Source of the DNA: Octopus sinensis
Lineage: Eukaryota
Reading direction: 5' to 3'
NCBI RefSeq assembly: GCF_006345805.1
Contig: NC_043006.1
Location: 40,176,001 to 40,240,000, forward strand
Length of the DNA stretch: 64,000 nucleotides
The position numbers and the translations under genes were made by a program. Positions 36,629 to 50,200 of the stretch are shown here, in pieces. The notes beneath the pieces were generated by a model. It was given only the letters and a program-made list of their open reading frames with translations. It did not search any database and was not told the DNA's origin. How positions within the stretch are numbered: the first letter of the stretch is position 1; each line of letters starts with the position of its first letter.

Positions 36629-36666
36629 CTGTTACTCTGAGTTTCTCGTTGCCGTTCATCAGACAG
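36629..36666 (-). ncRNA. Minimal hammerhead motif, family B (left arm)
   Basis: Exact reverse complement of 36679-36716. Confidence 0.68.
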
Positions 36667-36678
36667 TTTTAGCAAAAA

Positions 36679-36716
36679 CTGTCTGATGAACGGCAACGAG
36701 AAACTCAGAGTAACAG
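36679..36716 (+). ncRNA. Minimal type I hammerhead motif, family B
   Basis: CTGT CTGATGA ACG gcaa CGA GAAA CTC A GAG TA ACAG: full core, stem I CTGT/ACAG, GNRA-capped stem II with an A-A first pair, stem III ACTC-A-GAGT, GUA site ending at 36712. Confidence 0.68.
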
Positions 36717-36757
36717 ATTTTTTTATATATATATATGTATGTATGTATATATGCACT

Positions 36758-36889
36758 GCCGTGAAACCTAGATTTTCTACACCTGAAGCATTTCGGTATT
36801 AGCCTGGATTTTGACAGTGTTGACAGCTCAGACCTCGGGTTGACCTCATATACATATGCTTCAGGTATAGAAAATCTAGGTTTCACGGC
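36758..36889. mobile_element. Small MITE with 33-34-bp inverted ends
   Basis: gccgtgaaacctagattttctacacctgaagcat / atgcttcaggtatagaaaatctaggtttcacggc. Confidence 0.72.
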
Positions 36890-39224
36890 GGTAAAACCGT
36901 CGAGTGTGTTTAGCGAAGAGTAAAATATCCGAATAAAAAGACAAGGAAAGACTGTAGTGCATCTTTAATGAACAGTTACAAGTGTTTCTGTGCCAGTTCT
37001 GCATTCAACGTCTGTTCACGCAAAAGTTCAAGACAAAATTCGAATTTGAGTCTCTGGAATACAATACAAGAAGTTATGATTTTTCGCAAGCAATACGCTG
37101 GGCCTTGTAAAACTATACAATTAATAGAGTTGAAAGAACAAGGGTAAAGGGTAAAGACCCACTTAGGTCATGAATGACCATGGGTTTGCACCTAGAAAGT
37201 TTCCCTCCGAAGCACAAATCCACTCACAAGGTTTTGATCGGCCCAAGGCTATAGTAGAAGACTCATGCCCAAGGTGCCACGCAGAGGGACCGAACCCGAA
37301 GCAATGTGGTTGAAAAGCATGTATGTATGTATGAATGAATGTATGTGTGCGTTTAAAAAGGCCTAAATGCATACTGGAGAGAGAGAGGGAGAGAGAAGGT
37401 TTTTTGGGGGGCGGTGGAACAAAAGGAAGTCTTGCCATATTTGTTCTTCACTCGTTTATTACTGTTCTTTTTTTTATAATTTTAACTCATGTCCATTGTC
37501 CGTTAATCTTTCATCACACATCTGTGACCTCTTGAGAGACACTTTTCGTTCTCGTGTGTATCCTTGCTCCACTTTCTCCATTGTGCTCTTCCATAATTAT
37601 GATAACGGAGTATCCTTTGCAAACAGTCCCAACGAAAGAAGCCTCTATGTGGTTGCTCAGCTTGCTAGAAATAGCAGATCGCTTACTGCTAATTATATGA
37701 AGCTCTGTACTGATCTGGTTCATGAATAAGAACGCAGAACGTCAGTCAGTCAGTGAATTCGTATTTCCTCGCCACCAGAGCTTAGTAATATTGTGTTTAA
37801 TAGTGTTCTAATAATGGGTCATTGTTACTGTTAAACCAAGCACGCACGCACGCACGCACGTATATCAATATCTATCTATAATTTATAGGTATATGTGTGT
37901 CCGAGCGTGTGTTTAGAAGGACTTATTGAAGGTTTAAAAAAGGGCTGAATTCATATCTGTTATCTTCTACTTGTTTCAGGCGTTTGACGGCGGCCATGCT
38001 GGGGCACTACTTTCGAGGAATTTTGAATCGAATGAATCGATACCAGTACTTTTTTTTATCTTTAAACGTGGTACTTATTCTATCGTTTTCTTTTGTCGAA
38101 CCACTAAGTTATGGGGACGTAAAAACACCAACATCGGTTGCCAAGCGGCATTGGGACATACACATATATATATATGTATATACAACAGGCTTCTTTCAGT
38201 TTCCCTCTAACCAAATCCGCTCACAAAGCTTTGGTCAGCCGGAGACTTAAGTAGAAGACACTTGCATAAGGTGCCACGCAGCGGGACCGAACCCGAAACA
38301 GTGTGGTTGGGAAGCAAGCTTCGTAACACACACTTACGCCCTGTGCCTATGGCTTTATATGTATGTATAAATGGATGGATGTGTAGGGGGCGGTTAAAAA
38401 GGCCTAATGCAGGAGAGAGAAAGAAAGAGAGAGAGGGAGAGAGAGAGAGACTAGACAGAGTTCTTGTTTTTAAAAAAAGACGTGCTTGATCAGAGCTGGC
38501 CTAGTATTAAACAACAACAACCAGTATACCACCACCACCGAGATGATGTGACTTCCGATTTCCATCAGTGAGTCTGCTTTCTTATTTTTGCGAAGAGTTG
38601 CTGATAGAAAATGTATCGTCATTAAGGTTATACATACTTCATAATCTTAAGAGGTTATTATTTATAATTTACGCGCGTGCGTACATACACTTGAATGCGG
38701 TTAGCCGTGTGTATGTGCATGTACGGCAGGCTAAGGTTTTAAGTTTGATGAGGGGTGGGCAATAGGGTGGGGCGCTGCGTATATGTAAGCAAAGCTGACC
38801 TGAATCGAGATTTAGGTAGAATTAGAACAACTAACTAGAAATATCAAGTGAATGAGAAAGAAAAAGAAAGAGAAACAGGAGAGAAAGCGAGAGAGAGAAG
38901 GGTGGAGTAAGCGTAGACGAAACAAATAGAAGCCTAGAATGAAAGAGAGAGAGGTTAAGAAAGAGTTATATAAATTAGCAAGACTAGAAAGAAAGATAGA
39001 ATTATACGAGAAGAACCGACGAAGAGTCGTGGAATATATATACTGCCAAGTTTTTAAAACTACTTCTCTAAGAGAGAACTAGTAGCGTGTAAACTGATTA
39101 TTGTCTGGATGTATGTACTACTTATGAAAAATTTAACGAAGATATCCACTTCGATAAAGTTAAATAAATAATATTTATAGCGAGAGAAATTTAATTTCCC
39201 CTCCTATGTTAGATAGATAGATAG

Positions 39225-39278
<54 letters not shown>

Positions 39279-42200
39279 GAGAGAAGCCAGCAGCTTTTTT
39301 CCTTTTCTGTATCAATAAGCAAGTTAACATATTTTATTCTCTATATACTACGCACGATCTTATATGTAAAACTCCGCGCATTCGTATGCACTATGTGTGT
39401 GCATGTATACACGGCAGGCTTCTTTCATTTTCCATCTACCAAATCCGCTTTCTAGGCTTTAGTCGGTCCGGGCCTCTATAATAAAAGACACTTGTTACGA
39501 ATGCCGTGCAGTGTAACTGACTCCAAACACAACATAGTTGGGATGCAACGTTCTCAACCATACGTTTATGGCTTGCACCTTTTTAACCGGCCTAAACAAT
39601 CAGTTTAATTCGTTTTTTTGGGGGGATTTGGTTTGCAAGATTGTCTATGTGAGTTCGTGCTTCCCAGACACAACAAAATCAGTTGTGTGTTGAGCTGAAA
39701 TACTTTCATTTTCGTGCAATCGACTCAACCCATTCATCGTCCAGGGGTCGTTTAGATAAAGTGCCAGTAAAACACGGTATCACATTTAATCGATTTGTTT
39801 GTCTATGGCTTTGTACTCAATTAATGGGAAATCATTATCATTAATGTCACTGATCAGACATGTCCTTGACACAATTTTAATTCATTGCCGGAACTACTTT
39901 ATAACGGTTGTTGACATCCCGGATAACTACAGTTGGGTCCATCCTCTAGAGTTTGTGTCTGCATAATTTTCGGATCTTTATCTTTTGACCAGTGTCCGAA
40001 GTTTGAAAGTGTTTAGTTACAAACAATTATTTTTTAAATCTGTAGGTTAAAAGGTAAAGATCCTAATTTTCTTATTAAATTCAGAGCTTTAAATTTAATT
40101 TTTAGACATACGTTTTCGAATATGTATAGTCTTATATCTTTTAGTTGTTTCAGTTATTAGGCTGCGGTCATGATGGGGCACTGCTTTCAAGAACTTTTAG
40201 TCGAATGAATCGACTCCAGTACCTTTTTTTTAAAACCTGATACTTGTTCTATCGGTTTCTTTTGTTACAGGGATGTGAACACAGACACACACACACGCGC
40301 GACGGGCTTCTTTTAGTTTCCGTCTATCAAATCCACTCACATACCGGTGAGTGTGTTAGATTATAAGGTACAAAAAGAGAATGACTCTCCCCAAACGCAA
40401 CCGAATACGATCTCTAAGTTTTTGACTTAAAATCCAGCTACTTTTAGCTTTGCCTTTCAACTTGCAGACGTCGGAAAATATTGGGTCGATATAGTTAAAT
40501 GTACCTCCTACCCTTCAGTGGAAAACAATCAGTCGCCCCGATTGATATTGGTTTCAAATTTTGGTATAAGGCCAGGAATTTTGAAGGAGGGGTAAGAAGA
40601 TCGACCCCAGGGTTCAAATGGTACTTATTTTATCGATCTCGAAAGGATGAAAGGCAAAGTCAGCCTCGGCGGCATTTGAACTCAGAGTGTACTGACGGAC
40701 GAAATGCCGCTTAGCATTTTCGCCCTGCATGCTTAACCACTCTGCCAGCTCACCGCCGTAGCCTCTCTTAATATCACCACCTTCGATGCTTGTAGCAAAG
40801 TTCGCTGCTGTAAGTATTCGGGTCAGGTCTGCAATTTGAGAAAAATTCTTCCTATTTCCCTCCCACTAGTCTCGGAGGCCCTATAAAGTGTGATGTGCTC
40901 TATTTTCCTTTCTGACTAAAACATTTATATATAAGATTTGAGGCACAGTGCCTAAGTTAGAAATCAATATCTTATCCTTTGGAAAGGTATAAAAGTTCTC
41001 TTATTTTTTTCCAGTTTTGTCTGAAAAAATCGGTTTCATATCTACATCGCTTCTACACAAATCTGGGTTCACGTATCTCCACCAATTTATCAACCTACAT
41101 TCCTTAAATCGAAACAACCTTAAAGTAATGTTTGAAACAGTTTAACTAGGTGACACGTTGGAGATCAAATATAAAAGCATTGATGCTCTTCACGTGAAAA
41201 GTTAAAAAAAATCTGGGTTAAACTTCAAAATTTATAGGAACTATAAAAAAACCGTTATTTATTATTTTATAACTCATATTTGTGTAAGACAAAATTATGA
41301 ATAACGCTTTTCAAGACAGTCATGCATTTAGTCCGGGATTTCTGAAGCTTTAAATTATATTTAAAATAAAACCATGCACAGCGCACCGTTTGAGAGGCAG
41401 ACTTAAGCATGTGACCTAGTTGAGTTCTGACCTTAACTCGTTACTATTAATTAGCCTCTGTCCAGAACTTACAACAGAGCTGGCCTCGTTTCAAATCTCT
41501 TTCGATTTCCTTATTTCATTCCATTAACGTCTTCTCTGAATTGTTTAACTGTCGCGTCTCTTGCCAACAACAATGCTTTCTTTTACACATCGGCAACGGG
41601 TTAGAAATTTATAGATCAAATTGAGATGTTGTGTCATTGGTGCCTTTCTCAAGGCCATTGCTTTAGCAACGTAGCAATGAAGTAAATTGTTTTTAGCTTG
41701 GTATCAAAACTGCGTAGCATACGCAATCAACTTCATGAGAATTAAACCAACTATTGGACATCTAACGTTGACATAATACCAGACAATTATAGGGGTGGAA
41801 GAAGGAAGAGAGAGATTTATTACATTCACAAAAGCATTATTAAGATAATCGAAATGAACTGGCTTCAACCGGGAATCGAAACTCGATTGTGATCTCAGCT
41901 CACCGGAGGTTTAACTTCTACTCTGAGTAATGGTTATTATAGACATGAAACGTGAGACTTTTAAAAAGAATAGAACGTTGAACTTCATATATATGTTTTA
42001 AAGGAATAAGCGACGCTAGTTAAAATGTTTCCAGCTGGTATCTATCTATCTGTCTATCGAACCCTGAGTGACTTCTGACGAGATACATAACGAAAAATTT
42101 ATTTGTAAGAAATAGTCAAAAGTGAAGGTGTGACGTTCATATATTTCCAGAGGAGGGTAGTATTTATTCCCGATGTAGAAACTGGAGCTCAAGGGTGACC

Positions 42201-43247
42201 ACACGTTGAAACTCGTTACAACTTGGGTTTGTGATTATTTTTATGACTAAACCCTTTTGTTTAACACATCGTTGCAGTCTCGCTTGTTTTTATTGGTTTA
42301 ATAAAGGAAAAAAAAAAATATATATGTATTGAACAAAACCCTTTAAATTTGTGTGTGTGTGTGTGTTGTAATAGAGTATAAACAGTTAATGAACACAAGT
42401 TTTTACCGGAATAAACTGCTAATATATTTCGCAAGTTTAAACCAAGGACGTTTTAAACCGAGAGAAAAATGAGCGGAAGAGAGTGAAATAGTAAAACGCA
42501 AAAAATAGAGGAAGATAATGTGTGTGTGTTCAAAAGAATGAACAGACCACAAATATAGAGCGAAATATATATTCGAGTTAGGCTAATAAAATACACAGAA
42601 AACTGGAATAAAAGAAGAGTGTATACAGATATGTGTACATATATAGCTACACATACATACATTTATATTTCTCGTTTTAATATAGATATGTGTATACTGC
42701 GAGAGGTATAAAGATTAATTAGAATAAATATATATATATATTATAGAGTGAGCGGTAAATCAAAAGAGAGTGAGTGAACGAGAGAGAAGGAGGATGGATG
42801 AGAACGAATTATTTAGTAAACGGTAGGAAAGTGGGAGTCTGAAAGTGGTATACAGCGGCGGTTCACAGTTTTGCCAGTCTCTCTTTATTACACTAACTCA
42901 CTGCTTCTATATACATATACACTTGTGATAGGCAGAGATAACCAGCCATCTTGCTGCTGATCAGAGCGGTCTAGTTGATCGAGGGTTTGTTCTGAGCCTA
43001 AATATAGAACTACTGTAACAGCGAACTAACTCATTCACTCACCTGCTGCCATTACTTTGCTTTATACACTTTATATTCGTTTTTAATTTTTCTCTATTGG
43101 TTTTGTTGTGGCGTTTTAATTTTACCCCCTCTTTTCTGCTGTCTAGTCATTGTTTTAACCGAAGACTCACTTTGAAATTAATTGACATTCCTCTGATCGC
43201 ACCTATATACTTGTACATATGTGATCAGTTAACGAAGCCAAGGATAC

Positions 43248-43285
<38 letters not shown>

Positions 43286-45693
43286 TACACAGCAAGATAA
43301 AAAAAATATATACGTATACATTTATCTTGTACACTAACATATTTCTGTGACCCGACAAAGAAAGGAAAGCAAATGCGAACCAAATGAAGAAATACGAAAG
43401 AAGGAATTATATACCGCTACGTTTGAAATGCATCTCACATCATGTTACGAAATACAAAAGAAAAGAAAAAAAGATTATTAACTTCTTCGTAACAAAAATA
43501 TGCTAACTATTAATTAGTAATATTAATTATGGACATATCGGTAACAGCAACACAAAGATCCTTTAAACGATCAGGATGAATTAATAATTAACGCAAACGT
43601 GGAACCATTCATATATATATATATATATATATATTTATGGTAGAAGAAATCAGCCGAAGACTGGAAACCTGAATTAAAGCCAAACCACATGTATGTATCA
43701 TTTCTTTTTGCGGATTATATTTGAACTGATTAAACGGAGAACACGTTAACCCGAGTGATATATAAACATATATAATCTGGTTCGCTCATTTATACAAAAC
43801 AGCCGTATTAAACGACGCTGTAGGAAGAAGTATCAAGCGAAAAACGATCAAGGTATCAAGAAATTTTTCAGATTTAATTTTGGACGAGTGAAAATAAGAT
43901 TATATATATATATAAATATATATTTATATACATACATACATGCATGAGTGTTAGTAAATATGACATTGCCACGACGACGATGATAGACTCGATTTAAACG
44001 AATGTTTTTTGTCTTTGAAAAAAAAATATAAAGGAAACCGTTAGCATTCTCACCTTGAAATATGTTAAAAATATGTAAAAGAACAACAATTATAATTTCA
44101 TATGTGATATCATTAATAGTGTTGATGTAATTTGTATATAAAAATGCATGTATGTGTTTAATATGCAGAGAAATATTCCGATTGAAACCTAGAGGTCCGA
44201 TCTAGTTTCAGCTCATGCCTCTTTCTTTGACACACACTTCTAAAGTTTCAGTAGCCATATTCACACATCTGGTTTAAAGAGGAAAAGATATAGAGGTTTA
44301 ATATGAGAGAAAGAGGGAGAGAGAGAGAGAGAGAGAGAGAGAAAGTTGTTATCATGCTCGAAAGAGTGGGGGTACAACTGGTTTAACAAGAAATAGAGAG
44401 AGGGAAGGCGCGGGAGACAGAGAAGGTTAATGCATGTGGGGCAGACTGAAAAATACAGAGAACTGGTGTATCTAAGACAGGCACTCTTTGTGAGAAAGAG
44501 AAAGCGGGGGGAGAGGGTAGAGATAAAGAGATTACGTGTCTGTAAAAGAATGAGAGAGATAAAACGATTTAGTTTTTGTGAGAAATAGAGAAATAAACAG
44601 ACAAGACATTATTATGTCTGAGAGAAAGAGGAGAGAGAGAGAGAGACTGGGGGTAGGGAGAGAGATTGAAAGAGAGTGAGAGAGAGAAGGAAAAAAAGGG
44701 GAGAAGTTTGAGTAGGTGATGTAAAGCTAGCTCAGATTCTTTGTTCGCTAAATCCTCGTCTCTCAGCAGTTATTTCAGCTCTGTCGTTCTCTAACATTAT
44801 TTCCATCTAGACATATTTATCCAACCTTCACCCACTCACTTCCATTTAAGTTATGTCTACTACAAACATCTGTGTGCTTCATAATCACCATCATTATTAT
44901 CATGATGATGATGATCATCATCATCATCGACGTCATGTATCACAACATCAACAATAACCGTAATAATCCTTGCCAACAATAGTTCTTACAGCATGGTTTG
45001 ATATTTTAAAATTCTGATCGATAATTATTGTAGTCCTTCATTGTAAATGTATTTGTTTAATGCGACGTCAACATAAGTTCAAACCATTTAATTTTCTTCT
45101 CTCAATCCTAACCTAGTTAAACCTTACTTAACATTGTCGCTATTATGCTTTAATTCTAATCTGTTTTTTAATCGTTTTTATATTTTGGTAGATAAACTCT
45201 GCTGTTAGATCCTTTTAATGAACACCAGCTGTCGAAGAAGATCTCTTCCGAAGTGTCAAATACAGAAAAATCCTGGGTCAAAAAAAAAGGAAAAACCACG
45301 AAAGATTCGTTAGCCTTTGTAACCTCAATCAGTCATCAGCACGATAGTCAAACCATAATCAGAGTCGATATTTTCTCATCGACATCAGTGTCTCAACTTT
45401 TTCTGCCATTGTGCAGCTAACATTTTCAACCAAAGATCCTGGCCTCGGAATCCGCCAAAATAGCTCCGACAAGCATTAAATCCGCCCCGCGGTCCTCGGA
45501 GGCATCACGCCGGAGGAGCAGCGTGGGGACCGCGGAGGATGACTCAGATACCGACAGATCTGAGTCAAAGAAAGCTCTAACCGACCCGTTGACTGCAACC
45601 CTGGATTCTCCAACCAGTCAAAGTGCAAAAACGTCCAGGACGGCCTCCGCAACGGCGAAAAGTAAAGCATCAAAGACAGAGAAGCGGGTGCGA

Positions 45694-47275
45694 ATGTCCT
45701 CGAGACGTTCCGCCAACTTCACTCATCATGAGAAAGAAATTCTACTATCATTGATGCAAACATATCGACATGTTGTCGAAGACAAGCGGACAGATGGCAT
45801 CATGGTGAAAGAGAAAAATGCCGCCTGGATCGAATTGACCAATAAGTATAATGCACAGAACGAAGTATGGACTCGATCGGTTAAACAACTAAGGCAATGC
45901 TGGAAAAACTTGAAAAGCAGAGCCCGAATTGATCTCATGCGAGTTAACTTGCAAACCACTACCTCCGATTCGGACACTAATACAGTGCGACTAAATTTGG
46001 TTCCGCTTAATAACGTTTCTAAACCCACCGACAACACAAATCAGAGCACGTTGAACAGCAGTAACAATATTAACAACAACACAACTGGAAACATCATTAG
46101 CAACAACACTAACAACAACATTAACAATACAAATAATAACAATGCAACCAACATTATCCTCAGCAGTATTCTAAACAACAACAACAGCATTAGCAACAGT
46201 AACACTATTAAGTCAGGTTCGGTCCCGAGCTATGGTAGCCAACTCCAAGCTCTGTCGTCAACTGCTGGTTCCAACAGTGTAGTTGGCCTGTCGCCCTCAT
46301 TACTCCGCGGTGGTAGTCTAAGTAACAGACCCAACTCCAAGACTAGCGGCAGCAAGAAGCGGAAGAAGAAGAAAGTGGTACTGAACGATGTCAGTAGCAG
46401 GAACTTCGCTACTAACGACAACAACAGCAATAGCAACAGCAACAGCAGCAGTCGCAGGCAACAGAGGTTACTAACAGTTTCTTCTGCCACTATCGGTGTG
46501 GAAAGAGATGACATAGATGACGAAGATGATGCCGACGAGGACGACGAAGAAGAGGATACTGTTGCTGTTTTAGCTGCTGTCAACGACGATGATAGCAACA
46601 CAATCGGAGCACGGCGGAGGCGACGACGCCGTCTCAATCCCACCAGCAAATCTACGTCCATCAGCGACAGCGCTCTGGTCGATGTCGCTGATGAAAACGA
46701 TGAGTTTGATGAAGACGAAAACGAGGAAGAAGAAGAGGAAGAAGACGAAGATGAAGACGTAGAAGGCGATGATAACGACGAGGTCGACGATGACGATGAG
46801 GACATCGACGATAGTGGAACCGTTGACGATGATATTTACAATGATGAAGATGTGCGAAGAAGCAGTCGACATCATCGTTCGGGTGTGGCTGTTGACAGTT
46901 TCCATGTGGAGCAAAACAGCGACCCCAGTAGTCAGCCAGGGGCGGCACAGGACGTTGATCCGCTCTATTCAGTGGAAAACCTGGCTGTTGTTTCGGTATC
47001 AGGTAGCGCCGACCGTATACACTTCCAGCATCACGCCAACTCGCCGACATCCGATCTCCAGAACCAGACCGATGGCAACCTGCTGCATTCACATCACCCC
47101 CACCAACAACTCCATCAATCACAACATCACCAACAACAACATCAACCACCACATCTTCATAGTCAAGTTAACAACTACCACCATTCCAACAGACTATCAG
47201 CGGATTCTATAACGCGGTTAGACGATGATTTTTCTTCTACGGAGCCTGATATCAAAGTATTCGATTCCATCCGAG
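45694..47275 (+). CDS. Large coding exon of a Myb/SANT-like DNA-binding protein (Myb_DNA-bind_5; MSANTD3/apontic-like); C-terminal exon(s) not located
   Basis: RSANFTHHEKEILLSLM..Y..VVEDKRTD....KEKNAAW.EL..KYN......RSVKQLRQCWKNLKSRAR (45694-45927) fits the family pattern; basic NLS-like KKRKKKK; Asn, Asp/Glu and His/Gln tracts; donor CGAG|GTAAAA at 47275/47276 (phase 1), after which the composition turns intronic. Confidence 0.88.
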
Positions 47276-50200
47276 GTAAAATGCACTTTTCCTTCCTTCC
47301 CTTTCATTCATTCATTCTTTCACACACATTTACTATATCTAATTGTATTCTTTTCTCTTCCATAGTTGCAGACACCATTTATTTTCTTTCGCAGCAGCAC
47401 CATCTTCTCTTCATATTATCTCATACTTATCCTCTCTGTCTTGTATATTTTCCACGTATTAATTAAAAGAATTTTTTTTTTTTTTTTAATTTTAGTTTCT
47501 TTATGTCGTAGTCACCCAGCTGTTCTCTGGTGGCGCTTCGTGTGTTATGGGCATGGCTTAAGAGAGCAATTTTGCTAAGCGGAATGGTTTTGCTTTCGGC
47601 TTCCCTCTGGGAATGATGTTATCTCGTCTCCATCCATCGTTAGAATTTCACGGCCCCTTTTTGGATCTCCGGACCCTAGAGCGATGTAGCAGCTGAAGCC
47701 CTCCCCGCCGCAGGTCCTTGTTTCGAGTATGTTGTTTGTATATCACCCCTAATGGAAAGCGTTCCAGTCGTAGTAACCATCCCGTCTTTGTTGCTTTTGC
47801 GGCTATTATTTGTCTGTGCTGCAACATCCAGTCTCCTATTGCTTTTTTAAAGATGTTAGAGAGTGATTTAGGTAGATTTGACTGTTATTTCTAGCAGATT
47901 GAGTGACTGTAGAAGTTATTCCTTCAATGGTTTCATTCTTTTGCCGTTAGTGTTATAGCTAACGTAACATACTGATATTCCTACAATTGTTGATTACGAC
48001 AATGATAATATAGTCGGTTTTTTTCGTGATGTGATGTAAATATTGTGTTGTTTCACTGTCGTAATAGCTTAGAAATTCAGTTTCTGACTATGTCGTTATA
48101 TCTTTTAAAAGTTTACGGTGAAAATTCTGAGGTTGCAGTTATCTCCCTTAGTAATTATAGTCGCACCTTGTGTCGTACTAATTGATTTTGGCTTGAATGA
48201 AAGTTAATATTCGTTCTTAAATTTGTTGTTTTAGTATTTAGTCTATAAAACGCAAGTCCTCTTTTTGTTGTATTGATTTCGTTTTATACTTTTCATTATA
48301 GAACACAATTTTTTGGGGGGTAAATCAGCCTGCAAAAAAAGACGGGACGACCATCGCTATCATAAAGTCTACTCGGTCAAGAATAACCTTGGGTTAAATA
48401 AACAGCTCTAACCAACCCACATAAATCTTTTACTTGTTTCAGTCATTGGACTGCGGCCATGCTGGAGCACCACATTGAAGTGTTTAGTCGAACAAACAGA
48501 CCCCAGTTCTTTTTCAGCCTGGTGTTTATTTTATGGGTTTCTTTTGCCGAACCTCATAAATTTACGATGACGTATACGAACCGATGTTTGGGGACAAACA
48601 CACGCACACACATAGATAGCCATCCACCTACTCACCTACACGATGGACTTCTTCCACTTTACGTCTACCAAATCTATTCGCAAGGTTTTGGTCGGCCCGG
48701 GGCCTATATAAGCAAAGTACTGCGCTGCGGGACCGAACCAAAAACCGTGTAGTTGGGAAGCAAACTTCTTGCTCCGCCTTGCTAACAATGAAATATATAA
48801 TAAAAAAAGCAACAAAAGCAGAAAAAAAAATGTCATATTGTTTAATTACAATATATTCGTTAAAATTTATGCGTGAAATGATTGATTTCTCCGCATCATC
48901 GTAAGCTACATCTTCGAAATGACACCACCTTAAACTTTAATTACAAACTTTGCATTATTAAGTTAAGAGGAAATAAATTCGGACCGAGGTGGAAACATCA
49001 GACTAGTGATGGTGATGATAATACACAACCATATGTACGCAACTGTTTATATCCTTCTACATATTTTACTGGATATAAGTTATTTAGCGATAATCATGCC
49101 AGATAATTTTTTTTGAAAAACGTTTATAGTCAAATTGAAGTTAGATTATTTTTTGCCCGACATATATTATTCTTGTAATATAGAGATTTTATTACTCCGT
49201 TTGAAATCTATTTAAGTGATCTCGTAAAAATATTGAAATGTTTTAAAACATCGTTTTAACTATGTTTTAAACATTGATCATTGTAAATGTTCAATTTGTT
49301 TATTTTTTAATTTTAAATTGTGTTAGAGACATTTAATGAACATTGGAAAGTTCATAAGTAGCTTTAGTTTTATTTCTAACATAATCGACAGAAATAGTTT
49401 TAATTATTTTTATTTAAATCAATTACAGTGTTTGGCATAATATTTACGGTGAATTAAAAAAAAAAACCCGTTGTATTCAGCAGTCAGAATCAAATATACT
49501 ACAAGGCCGTCCATTAGGGGTCACTTTCGATTGTGCATTTTAAAGCTGTTAATTTTTAAACTTTTATTTTCTAAGAAATAATTCTTTTTGATTTTTGACT
49601 TCGATAGAATATAAGGCCTTTGTAGATGTCAGCTGTGTACATCATAAAAAACGAAAGTTGTTCCGAATTGATTAAAATAATTTTTTGGCTGCAGCCTCTA
49701 CGTACATTGCTAGAAATAGCAGCCAGATTCTCCTAAACTCATCCAAGTATCTTAAAAATGCTAAAAAACGCATCATATTGCTGGAATATCTTTTATTGAA
49801 ATTGGCAGCATCAATATAAGGGATGAGCATAGCGCTAAGTATTTCAAGCAGTTCATCTGGGTGAGCTAGTCTTTTGCACACTGACCTCCATTCGACCCCT
49901 TGGCTATCATCGACATTTGTAATTCATCGCCGACCCCTAGAGGGTCTCTCGGACACTCTTTGGTGACCTCTGGTTTAAGTCATTAGTCTGTAGCTATGTT
50001 GGGGTTCTGCATCGAACAAATTGATACCAGGACTTATTTTGCTAAGTTAGGTACTTATTCTATCAGTCCCTTTTACCAAATCACTAGGTTACGGAGACAA
50101 ACAAAGCAACACCAGTTGTCAGGCGGTGGGTGGAGACAAAATGAATGCAAAGACACACACGACTGGTTTTCCCCCAGTTTCCATCTACGAAATTCACTCA

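Larger units (their letters stand above)
36548..36721. mobile_element. Penelope-like inverted terminal repeat (family B): perfect 47-bp hairpin holding two divergent hammerheads
   Basis: Arms 36624-36670 and 36675-36721 are exact reverse complements with loop agca; embedded in (TA)n. Confidence 0.75.

Noticed and set aside
42071-42105. CTGACGA...GAAAATT hammerhead-like string
   Set aside because: Stem II has only one pair and stem I does not form.
44902-44927. Perfect 26-nt palindrome (ATG)n/(CAT)n
   Set aside because: Explained by two abutting triplet runs of opposite sense; no further support.
47276-47466. C-terminal 63 codons of the 647-aa ORF
   Set aside because: They follow a consensus donor and are T/C-rich intron-like sequence; treated as intron read-through.
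45000-50000. Active Harbinger transposon around the Myb/SANT ORF
   Set aside because: No DDE nuclease ORF, TIRs or TWA target duplication were seen.
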